The notes below the pieces were generated by a model. It saw only the letters and a program-made list of their open reading frames with translations, ran no database searches and was not told the DNA's origin. The translations under genes were made by a program, and so were the position numbers. DNA of 64,000 bases from an uncultured Holophagales bacterium. GTDB taxonomy: Bacteria > Acidobacteriota > Thermoanaerobaculia > Multivoradales > UBA5704. Shown in pieces: positions 30,083-39,484 of this stretch (within the stretch, counting starts at the first letter, position 1; the number at the start of each line of letters is the position of its first letter). The stretch lies in the NCBI GenBank assembly GCA_963842525.1, contig CAWJGT010000019.1:160001-224000 (forward strand), written 5' to 3'.

Positions 30083-31447
30083 GTGACCGCTCCGCTCCGC
30101 CGCATCTCCACGCTCGTCCTGGCCCTGGGCCTGCTCCTCCTGGGCTGCGAGGGCCGGCCTCGCGCGAAGAACGTGCTCTTCATCCTGGTGGACACCCTGC
30201 GGGCCGACCACCTGGGGATCTACGGCTATGGCCGGGACACCAGCCCGACCCTCGACGCCTTCGCCCGCCAAGGGTCGCTGTTCCAGAGCGCCCGCAGCCA
30301 GGCCTCCTGCACCTATCCATCGGTCAACTCGATGCTCACCGGGCGCTATCCGGCGGTCTTTCTGGCACAGCCGGACGGCTATCTGGGCATCCCGGAATGG
30401 ATTCCCTCGGTGGCGGAGATCCTGAAGCAGAGCGGCTACCGTACGGCGGCAGTCTCGTCGAGCGCCGTGGTGCGCAACAAGCCCAGCCGGTTCAACCCGG
30501 GCGGCGGATTCGGCCGCGGCTTCGACGTCTTTCATGAAGGTTGCGTCTGGAAGAACGCCGCCTGCGTCAACGAGCAGGCGTTCGAGCAGCTCCGGGCGGC
30601 AGACGACGGGAAGCCGTTCTTCCTCTATCTCCACTACCTGGAGCCGCACGGCCCCTACCACCCTCCGGCCGATTTCAAGCGCCGGTTCGCCACCGACCCG
30701 CCGCCGGAGAAGGCCTTCGTCCGCAAGGGCAACCCGAACCCGATCGCCGACTTCCTTTATAAGAAGGAGCCCGATCCGGGAGCGACGCCGGCGGACCTGC
30801 AATACCTGAAGGACCTCTACGACGACGAGATCGCCTATTTCGACACCCAGCTCGCCCGTCTCCTGGAGGAGCTGCGGACCCGTGGGCTCCTCGATAACAC
30901 GCTCGTCGTCCTCGCCTCGGACCATGGCGAGGAGTTCCTGGAGCATGGCCACATCAAGCATTGCCGGACGGTCTACGACACCCTGGTCAAGGTGCCGCTC
31001 ATCTTCCACATCCCGGGAGCCGAGCCCCGCGCGGTCGCCGAGGCGGTGGAGAACGTCGACATCGTCCCGACGGTCCTCGACTACCTGGGGATCGAGCCGC
31101 CGACGGGTACGACTTTCGAAGGCAGGAGCCTCCGCCCGTTGATCGAGGGCAAGCCCGCCGAGGCCCGCCCACAGTTCAGCCTGGCCGGCCCGTGGCGCAG
31201 CTCCGCCGACGGCCACTACAAGCTGATCCACCTGATCAACGAAGGGAGCTACGTCCTCTACGACCTCCAGGCCGATCCTGGCGAGACCAAGGACGTCCTG
31301 CCCCGCCACCGGCGCGACTTCCACCGCCTGAGAGAGGCCCTCACCGGCTGGCTCGCCCGCTTCGAAGGCGCCGGAGCCGCCGACGAGAGCCTGCGCAAGG
31401 CCCGCGAGACCGAGCAGCGCCTGCGGTCGCTCGGGTACCTGGAATAA
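30083..31447 (+). CDS. Sulfatase/alkaline-phosphatase superfamily lipoprotein
   Basis: Lipobox LLGC, ILVDTLRADHL, TYPSVNSMLTG, HYLEPHGPY, SDHGEEF, RLRSLGYLE. Confidence 0.9.
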   Translation: MTAPLRRISTLVLALGLLLLGCEGRPRAKNVLFILVDTLRADHLGIYGYGRDTSPTLDAFARQGSLFQSARSQASCTYPSVNSMLTGRYPAVFLAQPDGYLGIPEWIPSVAEILKQSGYRTAAVSSSAVVRNKPSRFNPGGGFGRGFDVFHEGCVWKNAACVNEQAFEQLRAADDGKPFFLYLHYLEPHGPYHPPADFKRRFATDPPPEKAFVRKGNPNPIADFLYKKEPDPGATPADLQYLKDLYDDEIAYFDTQLARLLEELRTRGLLDNTLVVLASDHGEEFLEHGHIKHCRTVYDTLVKVPLIFHIPGAEPRAVAEAVENVDIVPTVLDYLGIEPPTGTTFEGRSLRPLIEGKPAEARPQFSLAGPWRSSADGHYKLIHLINEGSYVLYDLQADPGETKDVLPRHRRDFHRLREALTGWLARFEGAGAADESLRKARETEQRLRSLGYLE

Positions 31448-31491
31448 AGGGAATGAACACGCCCCCTCCCCTGTTACCTCTGCCGGGACGG

Positions 31492-31520
31492 TTGACACGG
31501 CCCGAGGGTTGTGCGACGAT
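31492..31520 (+). promoter_or_regulatory. Putative sigma70 promoter of tRNA-fMet
   Basis: TTGACA, 17 bp, GACGAT with an extended TG. Confidence 0.55.
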
Positions 31521-31562
31521 CCCCCTCCGCTCTTGAACGAGGGCGGCTTTGACAAACGGTGA

Positions 31563-31648
<86 letters not shown>

Positions 31649-31654
31649 GACTCG

Positions 31655-31685
31655 AAGGCCGCGGCGACGCGGTCTTTTTGCTTTT
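31655..31685 (+). terminator. Intrinsic terminator after the tRNA (possibly bidirectional)
   Basis: AAGGCCGCG-GCGA-CGCGGTCTT then T runs; convergent MFS stop at 31686. Confidence 0.75.
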
Positions 31686-32924
31686 CTAGGCAGGCCTTAT
31701 CGGCTCCGGCTCCTCCACCACCGGCGCGGCGCTCCGCGGCTCGCCTCTCTTCTGACGGAGCGTCAACAGGCTGACACCCAACATCAAGAGGGCCGCGAGC
31801 CAGAACGGGTACTTCATCCCCATGTGCTGGAAGACGAAGCCCGAGCCGAGCGGGCCGATCATCCGTGCCATGGACCCGAACGACTGCTGGACGCCCAGCA
31901 CCTGGCCGGTCTCGGTGCGCGGCGAACGGCGGGAGACCAGGGCGGTCGTGGCCGGGAACAGGAGAGCGGTCCCCACCGGCACGAGGAGCGCGACCGCGAT
32001 CAATCCCAGGAGATGGTTCGGCAGGGGGATGCCGGCCAGGCCCACGACCAGAGTCATGGCGCCCAGACGGGTCACTCCGACCTCGCCGAACCGGCGCACG
32101 GCGGGGCCGAGCAGCACCGCGCGCATGATCACCGAGACCAGGCCGAAGAAGGGATAGATGAAGCCGATCGTCTCCTTCGTCACTCCGAAGACGTCCTTCA
32201 GGTAGAGCGCCAGCACGGTGTTCATGGCCATGAAGCCCATCATGCCGATGGCGTAGATCCAGATCAGCGAGCTCACCGGGCCCGAGGGGTGGCTCAGCAC
32301 CTCCCAGAAGGAGCGGAGCAAGGGCTTGCGCGGCGCGGGCGGTGCGGCAGCGTCCGCCGGCTGTACCGCGCGCTGCGTCTCGGGAAGCCAGCGCCAGGCG
32401 CAGAGCACGTTCACCATGCACAGGCCCGCGGCGATGAAGCCCGGCGCCTCGTTGCCGAGGCGTGCGGCCAGCGATCCCAGAGCGGGGCCGATCATGACGC
32501 CCGCGCTGGTTGCCGCGCTGAGCCACCCCAGCGCCTTGGCCCGCTCCTCGGGCTCCACCGCGTCGGCCACATAGGCCTGCACCACGCCGGTGATCCCTCC
32601 GCCGGCGCCCTGCACCAGGCGGGAGAGGAAGAGGATCCAGAGGGCGTGCGCCAGGCCGAAGAGCACGTAGGCGGATGCCGAGAGGAGGAGTCCGATCAGG
32701 ATCATCGGCCGGCGGCCATAGCGGTCGGACGACCGGCCCCAGAAGGGCGCCGTGATGAACTGGGCGAAAGCGTAGATCGCGACCAGCAGGCCGAGGACCG
32801 TTGCATTGGCGCCCAGGTCCGTGGCGTAGAAGGCCAGGAGGGGCAGGACCATGGTGAAGCCGACCATGTCGACGAACACCGTGGCCATCAGGACCGAGAG
32901 CTGCTTCAGCGCACTGGGCTGCAT
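31686..32924 (-). CDS. MFS transporter (TetA/DHA1-like)
   Basis: [14 protein letters not shown], motif [21 protein letters not shown], about 12 TM. Confidence 0.92.
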   Translation of the reverse strand: MQPSALKQLSVLMATVFVDMVGFTMVLPLLAFYATDLGANATVLGLLVAIYAFAQFITAPFWGRSSDRYGRRPMILIGLLLSASAYVLFGLAHALWILFLSRLVQGAGGGITGVVQAYVADAVEPEERAKALGWLSAATSAGVMIGPALGSLAARLGNEAPGFIAAGLCMVNVLCAWRWLPETQRAVQPADAAAPPAPRKPLLRSFWEVLSHPSGPVSSLIWIYAIGMMGFMAMNTVLALYLKDVFGVTKETIGFIYPFFGLVSVIMRAVLLGPAVRRFGEVGVTRLGAMTLVVGLAGIPLPNHLLGLIAVALLVPVGTALLFPATTALVSRRSPRTETGQVLGVQQSFGSMARMIGPLGSGFVFQHMGMKYPFWLAALLMLGVSLLTLRQKRGEPRSAAPVVEEPEPIRPA

Positions 32925-32931
32925 GGATTCC

Positions 32932-34604
32932 TCAGCGCGCCTCGTCCCCCCGCCCCCACAGCAGGAACGCCGCGGCGCTGGCGGTCATCAGCAGGACGCC
33001 ATAGACCGCCGCCATCCCGAGGTTCTGGAGCCGGAGGCTCGACAGGATCTCGATCGCGATGGGGCGGGTGTCGAAGGTGTAGAGCACGATGGAGGTGACG
33101 AAGTCGCCCAGCGCGGTGATGAAGGCGAGCCCCGCTCCGGCGGCCAGGGCCGGCCGCAGCAGCGGCAGCACCACGCGCCGGAGCCGGCGCCAGCGGTCCG
33201 CCCCCAGCGAGGCCGCAGCCTCCTCGAGCGCCGGATCGAGCCCGCGCAGGCCGGCCAGGGCGCCGCGGCCGGTGAGCGGCAGGCTGCGGACCAGGTAGGC
33301 GAGCGGCAGGATCCACGGCGTGCCGATGAGCACGAAGCGGCCGAGCCAGGGCTGGTTGACGCCAAACGTCGTGGCCAGGGCGAGGGCGAAAACGGTTCCA
33401 GGGATCGCCCAGGGCATGGCGATCAGCCACTCCAGCGGCCCCGACAGCGGCCCTGCGCCGAGCTGCCAGCCGCGCCGCCAGGAACCCCAGAGCGAGGGCC
33501 GCGAGCGTCGAGACGGTCGCCATCCAGAGCGAGTTCACCACCGGCCGCAGCTTCTCCGCCTGCGAGACCAGCGCCTCCCAGTTGCCCAGACGGAGGACCG
33601 GCGGGAACGGCTCGGTCGTCCAGGTGAAGGGAGGGACCAGCGACACCAGGGCCAGCACGGCGTGCGGGAGCAGCAGGATGGCGGCGAGGAGCCAGCCCAG
33701 GAGGCCGGCCGTTGCTCGGGCCAGAGGCGATTTCAGACGCCGCCGGGCCGGCGCGATCCCGCGCACTCCGGTGGCGCCGCCCACTCCAGCGGCTCCAGAT
33801 GCCTGTTCCGTGCGGCGCATGGCCCACAGCCCCAGCAGCGCGAGCGCCGCCAGCATCACCGTCTCGACCTGCGCCAGCCCCAGGTCCCCGTTGAGCTTCG
33901 AGGCGACGATCTGCGTGGTCATCACCCGGAAGCCGCCGCCGAAGAGGTACGGCGCCGAGAACGAGGCCAGCGAGGTCATGAAGGTCAGCAGCGCTGCGCT
34001 GACCAGGGCCGGCCGCAGGAGCGGCAGGGTCACCCGGAAGAGGGTGCGCGACCCGGCCGGCGCCCAGCGACGCCGCGGCTTCCAGCAGAGCCGCGTCGAG
34101 CCGGGCGAGGCCGGCGCGGGTGAAGAGATAGAAGTAGACGTACATCGAGTAGGCGTGGACCAGCAGGATCGCGCCCGGCCCGGCCAGGCGCCACGGCGGC
34201 TGCTCCAGGCCGAGCAGGCCCTGCACCGCCTGCGAAACGAAACCGCTCTCGCCGTAGAGGAAGAGGAAGGCGATCACGCCGACCAGAGGCGGCAGGGCCA
34301 CGGGCAGCGCGGCGACCGCGCCGAGGAGGCGCCGGCCCGGGAACTCGGTCCGCTCGAAGAGGAAGGCCAGGGGGACTCCCACCAGCGCCGCCAGCACCAC
34401 CGAGGCGAAAGAGATCCACAGGCTCCGCCAGAGCGCCAGCCACTCGTCCGGCCGCTGCACGAATTCGGCGAAGTGGCCGGACGTCCAGCCGGCTGGTCCG
34501 CCCAGGGCCTCGATCAGGGTCATCAGCAACGGATAGCCCACCAGCCAGGCGAGGACGAGCGCGACGGCGAGGGCGGCGAGATGGGTCCGTCGCGTCAAAG
34601 TCAC
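32932..34604 (-). CDS. Fe3+/thiamine-type ABC permease (FbpB-like), frameshifts near 34055 and 33440-33460
   Basis: Two EAA loops (LLEAAASLGA; LEEAAASLGA) spread over three frames; ALPPLVGV, PWAIPGTV. Confidence 0.82.
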
Positions 34605-35700
34605 TCTCCGTCTACGCCCCCGGATGCTGCCGGGTTGCGAGAACGGCGGAAGATCCGCGGCGGCAGGCCTCCGGGCACGGGCGCCACGCCGACCTCGTCG
34701 CCCACCGCCGCGGCGGAGGTCGAGGCGCAGAACCTCGACCTCCCCGCCGTTTTCGAGCTGGACCTGATACCAGGTTACCGGCCCGGCATAGCGCCGTCTC
34801 ACCGACCTTCCCGGGGAGCGCCGCGGGGTCTGCGACGGGCCGGAAGGCGAGCGATTCAGGCCGCACCACCAGCTCGACCTCCTCCCCCGGTGCCGTTCCC
34901 GCAAGCTCGGGCGCCGGCTCTCCGCTCCAGCGCACCGCGCCGAGACGGACCGCGCCATCCGGTTCGAGCACTCCAGGCAGTCCGCTCGCCCGGCCAACGA
35001 AGCCGGCCACGAATCGCGTCGCGGGCCGCTCGTAGAGGTCTTCGGGAGTCCCTACCTGGTGCAGCCGGCCTCCTTGAAGCACAGCGACCCGGTCTCCCAG
35101 ATGAAAGGCCTCCTCCTGCTCGTGGGTGACCAGCACGGTCGTGATCCCCACGCGCTCGACGGCCCGCCGCAGCTCGCGGCGCGTCCGTTCGCGCAGCGTG
35201 GGGTCGAGGTTCGACAGCGGCTCGTCGAGCAGCAGCACCCGCGGCTCGGGCGCCAGGGCGCGGGCCAGGGCCACACGCTGCTGCTGGCCGCCCGAGACCT
35301 CGCCGACCCGCCGCCGCTCGAAGCCGGGCAGGTCCACCAGGGCGAGGGCCTCGGCCACGCGCCGCGCGATCTCCACGCGGCCCATCTTCCGGGACGCGAG
35401 GCCGAAGGCGACGTTCTCGCGCACGTCCAGGTGGGGGAAGAGGGCGTAGTGCTGGAAGACCATGCCGAAGTTGCGGCGCTCCGGAGGGACGGCCGTGACG
35501 TCCTCGCCGTCTACGCGGATGTGACCGCGGTCCGGGGTCTCGAACCCGGCGATCAGGCGCAGGGCCGTCGTCTTGCCGCTGCCGCTGGGTCCGAGGAGGG
35601 CGAGGATCTCTCCCCGGTCCACAGCCAGAGAGAGATCGCGGAGGACGGTCTGGCTGCCGAAGCTCTTGTCGAGCCCCTCCAGGATCAGGAACGGAGGCAT
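34601..35700 (-). CDS. ABC ATP-binding subunit (FbpC/PotA-like), frameshifts near 34797 and 34727
   Basis: GPSGSGKT, SGGQQQRVALAR, LLDEP. TOBE-like tail recovered across two shifts, ending at a TGA that overlaps the permease GTG. Confidence 0.88.
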
Positions 35701-35726
35701 GGCAGGAAGACCCTCAGACCCTCAGG

Positions 35727-36761
35727 TCATTCCGCCGCCGCACCCTTGCCGCGGATCGTCCGGTCCCAGGTGGTCATCCACTCCTGGCCGCGCTCCTCGA
35801 TCATCTTCCAGTCGACCGGAGTGGGCTTCATGTCGCGCAGCACCTCGCGCGCCCAGTCGGGAAGCTTCTCCTGCGGCATGTCGGTGCGGGCCGGCAGGCG
35901 GAAGGCTTGGCGGGCGGCGATTTCTTGCCCCTCGGGGCTGCCGACGAAGTCGATGAACCGCTTCGCCTCCTCGGGATGAGGCGCGCCCTTCACCAAGCCG
36001 ATCGAGTCGTCGATGATCGGCGTGCCGCTCACCGGGAAGTGGAAGGCGAGCGGGGAGCCGCGGTGCCGCTGCCACAGGAGATCGGTCAGCTCCCAGATGG
36101 TGATCAATCCCTCCTGACGGTTGAGCTTCTCGATCATCAGGGCGGGCTGCTGCAGGTACTCCTTGGTCTGGGCGTCCAGGCGGCGCAGCCACGTGAAGCC
36201 GCGCTCGGGCGAGCCGGTCTCGGCCACCGACCGCGAGAGGACCATGCCGAAGACGGTCCGCATCGTGCCGCTCGCCAGAGGGTCGCGGATGAGGATCTTC
36301 CCCTTCCACTTCGGATCGAGCAGGTCGTCCCAGTCGCGCGGGGCCTGCTCGGGCTGGACCGCGGCCGAATTGTAGACGAGCACGGGGGCGGTGCGGTACG
36401 AGGCGAAGAACAGATCCTGCGGACCGCGGCTCTCCGGCGGGATGGCGTCAGCCCAACCCGGGCGGTAGGGAGCGAGGAGCCCCTCCTTGGCGCCGCGAGC
36501 GAAGATCGTCTGCGGTCCGCCATACCAGACGTCCGCCTGGGAGTTGGCCTTCTCGGAGCGCACCCGGTCATAGACGTCCTGGGAGCCCATGTCGAGCCAC
36601 CGCACGTCGATCGTGGGATTGCGCGCCTCGTACTCCTTCTCCATCAGGGCCAGCAGGTCGCCGCCGTGCGGCGAATAGACCACCAGAGGCGAGCGGCCGT
36701 CGCCGCAACCCAGAGCCAGAAGAGCCAGGACGGCGCAGAGGAGGAGAGAAGTCGTTCTCAT
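35727..36761 (-). CDS. ABC extracellular solute-binding lipoprotein (Fe3+-type family)
   Basis: Lipobox ALGC, VVYSPHG, ADVWYGG, PRDWDDLLDPKWKG, AKRFIDF. Confidence 0.9.
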   Translation of the reverse strand: MRTTSLLLCAVLALLALGCGDGRSPLVVYSPHGGDLLALMEKEYEARNPTIDVRWLDMGSQDVYDRVRSEKANSQADVWYGGPQTIFARGAKEGLLAPYRPGWADAIPPESRGPQDLFFASYRTAPVLVYNSAAVQPEQAPRDWDDLLDPKWKGKILIRDPLASGTMRTVFGMVLSRSVAETGSPERGFTWLRRLDAQTKEYLQQPALMIEKLNRQEGLITIWELTDLLWQRHRGSPLAFHFPVSGTPIIDDSIGLVKGAPHPEEAKRFIDFVGSPEGQEIAARQAFRLPARTDMPQEKLPDWAREVLRDMKPTPVDWKMIEERGQEWMTTWDRTIRGKGAAAE

Positions 36762-36802
36762 AGTTCAATCCGGAAGCGGGGCGGGTGGCCCCGGGCGGCA
36801 GT

Positions 36803-37015
36803 CTATCCGGTTTGGCGCGCGAGTCGTGCTGCGTACGCCAGCACTGCGAGGATGTCGTCCCGCTCGAGATCCTCATAATCACCAAGAATCTCTTCCACTG
36901 TCATTCCCGAGCCGAGCAACTTGAGGACCATCTCCACCGTATAGCGAAGGCCGCGGATCGTCGGTCTGCCGTGGCAGATATTCGGGTCGATGGTAATCCG
37001 TTGGATCGGTTCCAT
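36803..37015 (-). CDS. DUF433 family antitoxin (no toxin downstream)
   Basis: RITIDPNICHGRPTIRGLRYTV...EEILGDYEDLERDDILAVLAYA. Confidence 0.92.
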   Translation of the reverse strand: MEPIQRITIDPNICHGRPTIRGLRYTVEMVLKLLGSGMTVEEILGDYEDLERDDILAVLAYAARLARQTG

Positions 37016-37022
37016 GTTCGGA

Positions 37023-37041
37023 TAGCCTCGTCATGAGGCTA
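37023..37041. promoter_or_regulatory. Palindrome upstream of the DUF433 gene (possible operator)
   Basis: TAGCCTC-GTCAT-GAGGCTA. Confidence 0.35.
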
Positions 37042-37083
37042 GCACGAGCCCGGCTAGGCGTCAGTCCACCCTGGTGTCACGTG

Positions 37084-37330
37084 AGGGCTCCGTCAAAGTC
37101 GTCGTAGCGGGGGCCTCCCTCCGCCCACCCTCACCCCCCGTCCCCCTCTCCCGCCCGCACTCACGCCCACCCAGGAGAGGGGGCGCCACCGCCCAAGGTC
37201 TTGAAAAAAATGAGTGTTGGGGGTTCCCCCTCTCCCGGGAGGATGGGAGTGCGGGTGGGAGAGGGGGCCAGGGGGTGAGGGTCTTGGGGCGGGGGAAAAC
37301 TCCGCCTCCGCCCGACTTTGACGAGTCCCT
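37084..37330. mobile_element. MITE-like element enclosing a CCCTCACC-family REPIN (37128-37281)
   Basis: Termini AGGGCTCCGTCAAAGTCG and (rev-comp) AGGGACTCGTCAAAGTCG. GGTGTCACG repeated at 37073-81 and 37332-40. Confidence 0.7.
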
Positions 37331-37413
37331 GGGTGTCACGCCTGCTGACTGTCCTTCTGCGCGGCCGGAGCGCCCTGTTGCGGCGCCGAGCGGACCGCGT
37401 TCAGCGACGGCAA

Positions 37414-37728
37414 GGCCTGGCTCGTCGTGGAGCGCCGCTGCCTGATGGACGGTCTGCCCTGCGGGGCCTCCTGATTGACCTGCTTCGTCGATGAGTGGAC
37501 CCGCAGGTCGCACTGACCATGAGCCGGCGTCGACTGACCGACCCGCAGGTCACACTGTCCACGCACCAGCACCAACTGTCCGACCCGCAACAACAACCGT
37601 CCGACCCGGAGCGTCAACCGTCCGACCTGCAGGGCAGACTGACCACGCAGCAGGGCCAACCGTCCGACCTGCGGGTCACACCGACCACGCGGCAGGTCAG
37701 CTCGACGACGAGCCAGGATCCAACATTG
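37414..37728. repeat. Second degenerate 21-bp-period array with dyad symmetry
   Basis: Units every 21 bp from 37498 to 37708 (GACCCGCAGGTCACACTGTCC-like). Left part inverted: CCTGGCTCGTCGT (37416) pairs with ACGACGAGCCAGG (37705). Confidence 0.8.
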
Positions 37729-37744
37729 CTCGTATAGCCGCCTT

Positions 37745-37848
37745 CCGCCCGGACATGAATGCCCGGGCTAGGAACAGCGCCGGGTGAACCCGGCTTCAAG
37801 CCCCATTCATGGGGCGCTGTTGCCAGCCCGGCGATTCATCGCCGGGCT
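37745..37848. repeat. 104-bp four-hairpin palindromic element, copy 2
   Basis: Reverse complement of 18413-18516 with few mismatches. Confidence 0.9.
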
Positions 37849-38078
37849 CACTCGAAGCCACGGAAGAGGTGCTTCCTCACCTCTGACCAGGGAATTCCCT
37901 CGACGGCTCCCGAGTCGAGCGCGTCGATACGCAGGCGGATCTCCGCATCCCAGGCCTCCTCGGCATCCGAGTCCGCCTCTTCGTGCAGGCTCTCGATCAA
38001 GGCTCCGGCGACCGAGGCCCGACCTTTCTCGTCCAGAGTCAGCGCCTGCTTCAAAACGTCTTCAACGGTGGCTCTCAT
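37848..38078 (-). CDS. Addiction-module antitoxin component (RelE/ParE partner type; no toxin downstream)
   Basis: VLKQALTLDEKGRASVA..LIESL...AWDAEIRLRI......GIPWSEV. Confidence 0.88.
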   Translation of the reverse strand: MRATVEDVLKQALTLDEKGRASVAGALIESLHEEADSDAEEAWDAEIRLRIDALDSGAVEGIPWSEVRKHLFRGFE

Positions 38079-38180
38079 ACCCAGGTATTCTACTCTCCCT
38101 CACTCCAGCCGCTCATACGCCAGCACCGTCAGGAACGGCGCAATCTCCCGGGTGGCGCTGGGGAGGCTGATTCGGAAGGA

Positions 38181-38204
38181 GGGGTAGGGGTAGGGGTAGG
38201 GGTA
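38181..38204 (+). repeat. (GGGGTA)4 tandem repeat
   Basis: Four perfect hexamers. Confidence 0.9.
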
Positions 38205-38273
38205 GGCATTGCAACTCCGATCCACCGTTCAGGCGTAGAATCCTCTGGAATGACGGACTAGGAGGAACTTGAC

Positions 38274-38558
38274 GTGCATGCCCACAAGCTTCAAATCACC
38301 ATCCCAGAGGAGCCTGACCGCGAAATCGCGGTGCGCCTCCCCGACGACTTCCCCGCCGGGCCTGCTGAGGTGATCGTCTTGGCGGGCCCGCAGAGGCCAG
38401 AACGCGACGCCGATCAACCCTACCAACCTACGGCGGCCGCCCTCGATGATCTGCTCTCGTTCGAAGCCACACCGGAGGAGGAGAAGATTCTGGGAGATTT
38501 CGAATCGTTTCAGAAAGAACATCCATTCCGCCTGAGCAGTCTCGCAGAGGAATCATGA
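38274..38558 (+). CDS. Putative antitoxin (hypothetical)
   Basis: GGAGG RBS, LPDDFPAGPAEVIVL, acidic, ATGA-coupled to the PIN gene. Confidence 0.7.
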   Translation: MHAHKLQITIPEEPDREIAVRLPDDFPAGPAEVIVLAGPQRPERDADQPYQPTAAALDDLLSFEATPEEEKILGDFESFQKEHPFRLSSLAEES

Positions 38559-38977
38559 GAGAGCTTCTCCTCGACACCAACACCCTGAGCTACATCCTGA
38601 AGGAGAGACAGCCGGCGGTGGATCGCCTTCGGAAGGCGAGAGACGGAGGATCTCAATTCCTCTTAGCCTCGCCTGTACATTGTGAGCTGAACCGATATCT
38701 TGAACTGAAGGGAGCCCAGCGGCTTATACGCCTCTATCGCCGGCTTGTCGATCCCTGGTTGCGGTGCAACTTGAGTTTCGAGGATTGGGACTCGGCTTCG
38801 CGGCTCTGGGCTGAGCTGCATAGCGGTGGCAGGTCGATCTCGGATTTCGATCTCCTACTCGCTATGCTTGCACGAAAGCACGGCGCTATTCTTGTGACGA
38901 GCAATACTCCGCATTTCGAGGCTTTGGGGATAATCTTGGAAGACTGGACTCAGCCCATAGCACCGTTGGAGGCCTGA
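38555..38977 (+). CDS. PIN-domain toxin (VapC-like)
   Basis: LLDTNTLS, CEL, ISDFDLLLA, LVTSNTPHF. Confidence 0.9.
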   Translation: MRELLLDTNTLSYILKERQPAVDRLRKARDGGSQFLLASPVHCELNRYLELKGAQRLIRLYRRLVDPWLRCNLSFEDWDSASRLWAELHSGGRSISDFDLLLAMLARKHGAILVTSNTPHFEALGIILEDWTQPIAPLEA

Positions 38978-39009
38978 GTTGGCGACTCTACTCGGTTGGG
39001 TGGCACCTA

Positions 39010-39069
39010 TCAGGCTTGCTCCAGCCGGTAGCGCACCAGCGCACGCAGTTGCTCGGGGCTCCGACTCAA
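39010..39069 (-). pseudogene. Truncated HEPN toxin N-terminal stub
   Basis: TTG overlapping the MNT stop gives MSRSPEQLRALVRYRLEQA then TGA TAG; resembles a HEPN N-terminal helix with no continuation. Confidence 0.65.
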
Positions 39070-39395
39070 ACAGGGATGCCTTCTCGCTCGATGGTCTGGA
39101 CGACAGGCTGCGCACCGAACGGGCCCTGCTCCAGCCCACGACGAGTCGTCACGAGGGTCGAAATCACCCGATCGTTGTCGAATCCGAATTCCCAGGCGAT
39201 TTCGTCGATCCAGCGGCGGAGGGCAGGAGTCAGCTCGGTGACGACGAGGTAGACGTCGAGGTCCGAATCGGGCGTAGCCTCACCTCGGACCCGCGAGCCG
39301 TACACTCGAAAATCTTCGATCTTTACACTTTGCGCGAGGCGCTGCCGCAGCTCCCGGGCGATCTTCCAGTCCGCAGCGTCCATTCCGGCCCTCAT
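39066..39395 (-). CDS. Minimal nucleotidyltransferase (MNT) antitoxin
   Basis: VYGSRVRGEATPDSDLDVYLV, IEREGIPV. Confidence 0.92.
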   Translation of the reverse strand: MRAGMDAADWKIARELRQRLAQSVKIEDFRVYGSRVRGEATPDSDLDVYLVVTELTPALRRWIDEIAWEFGFDNDRVISTLVTTRRGLEQGPFGAQPVVQTIEREGIPV

Positions 39396-39484
39396 GACCT
39401 CTCCCGTTCCATCGCCATAGCCTTATTGTACGAGCTTTCTGAGGAGTAGGGACAGGAGGGGTCCGGCGGCCCCCGGAGAGAGGT

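Noticed and set aside
33420-34810. Pseudogenisation of the ABC transporter
   Set aside because: About four clustered indels with no in-frame stops or decay of motifs fit a locally poor consensus better.
39010-39012. Selenocysteine or readthrough at the HEPN stub TGA
   Set aside because: Followed immediately by TAG with no HEPN-like continuation.
36803-39395. Integron cassette array
   Set aside because: No integrase, mixed gene orientations, and the repeats lack attC RYYYAAC/GTTRRRY ends.
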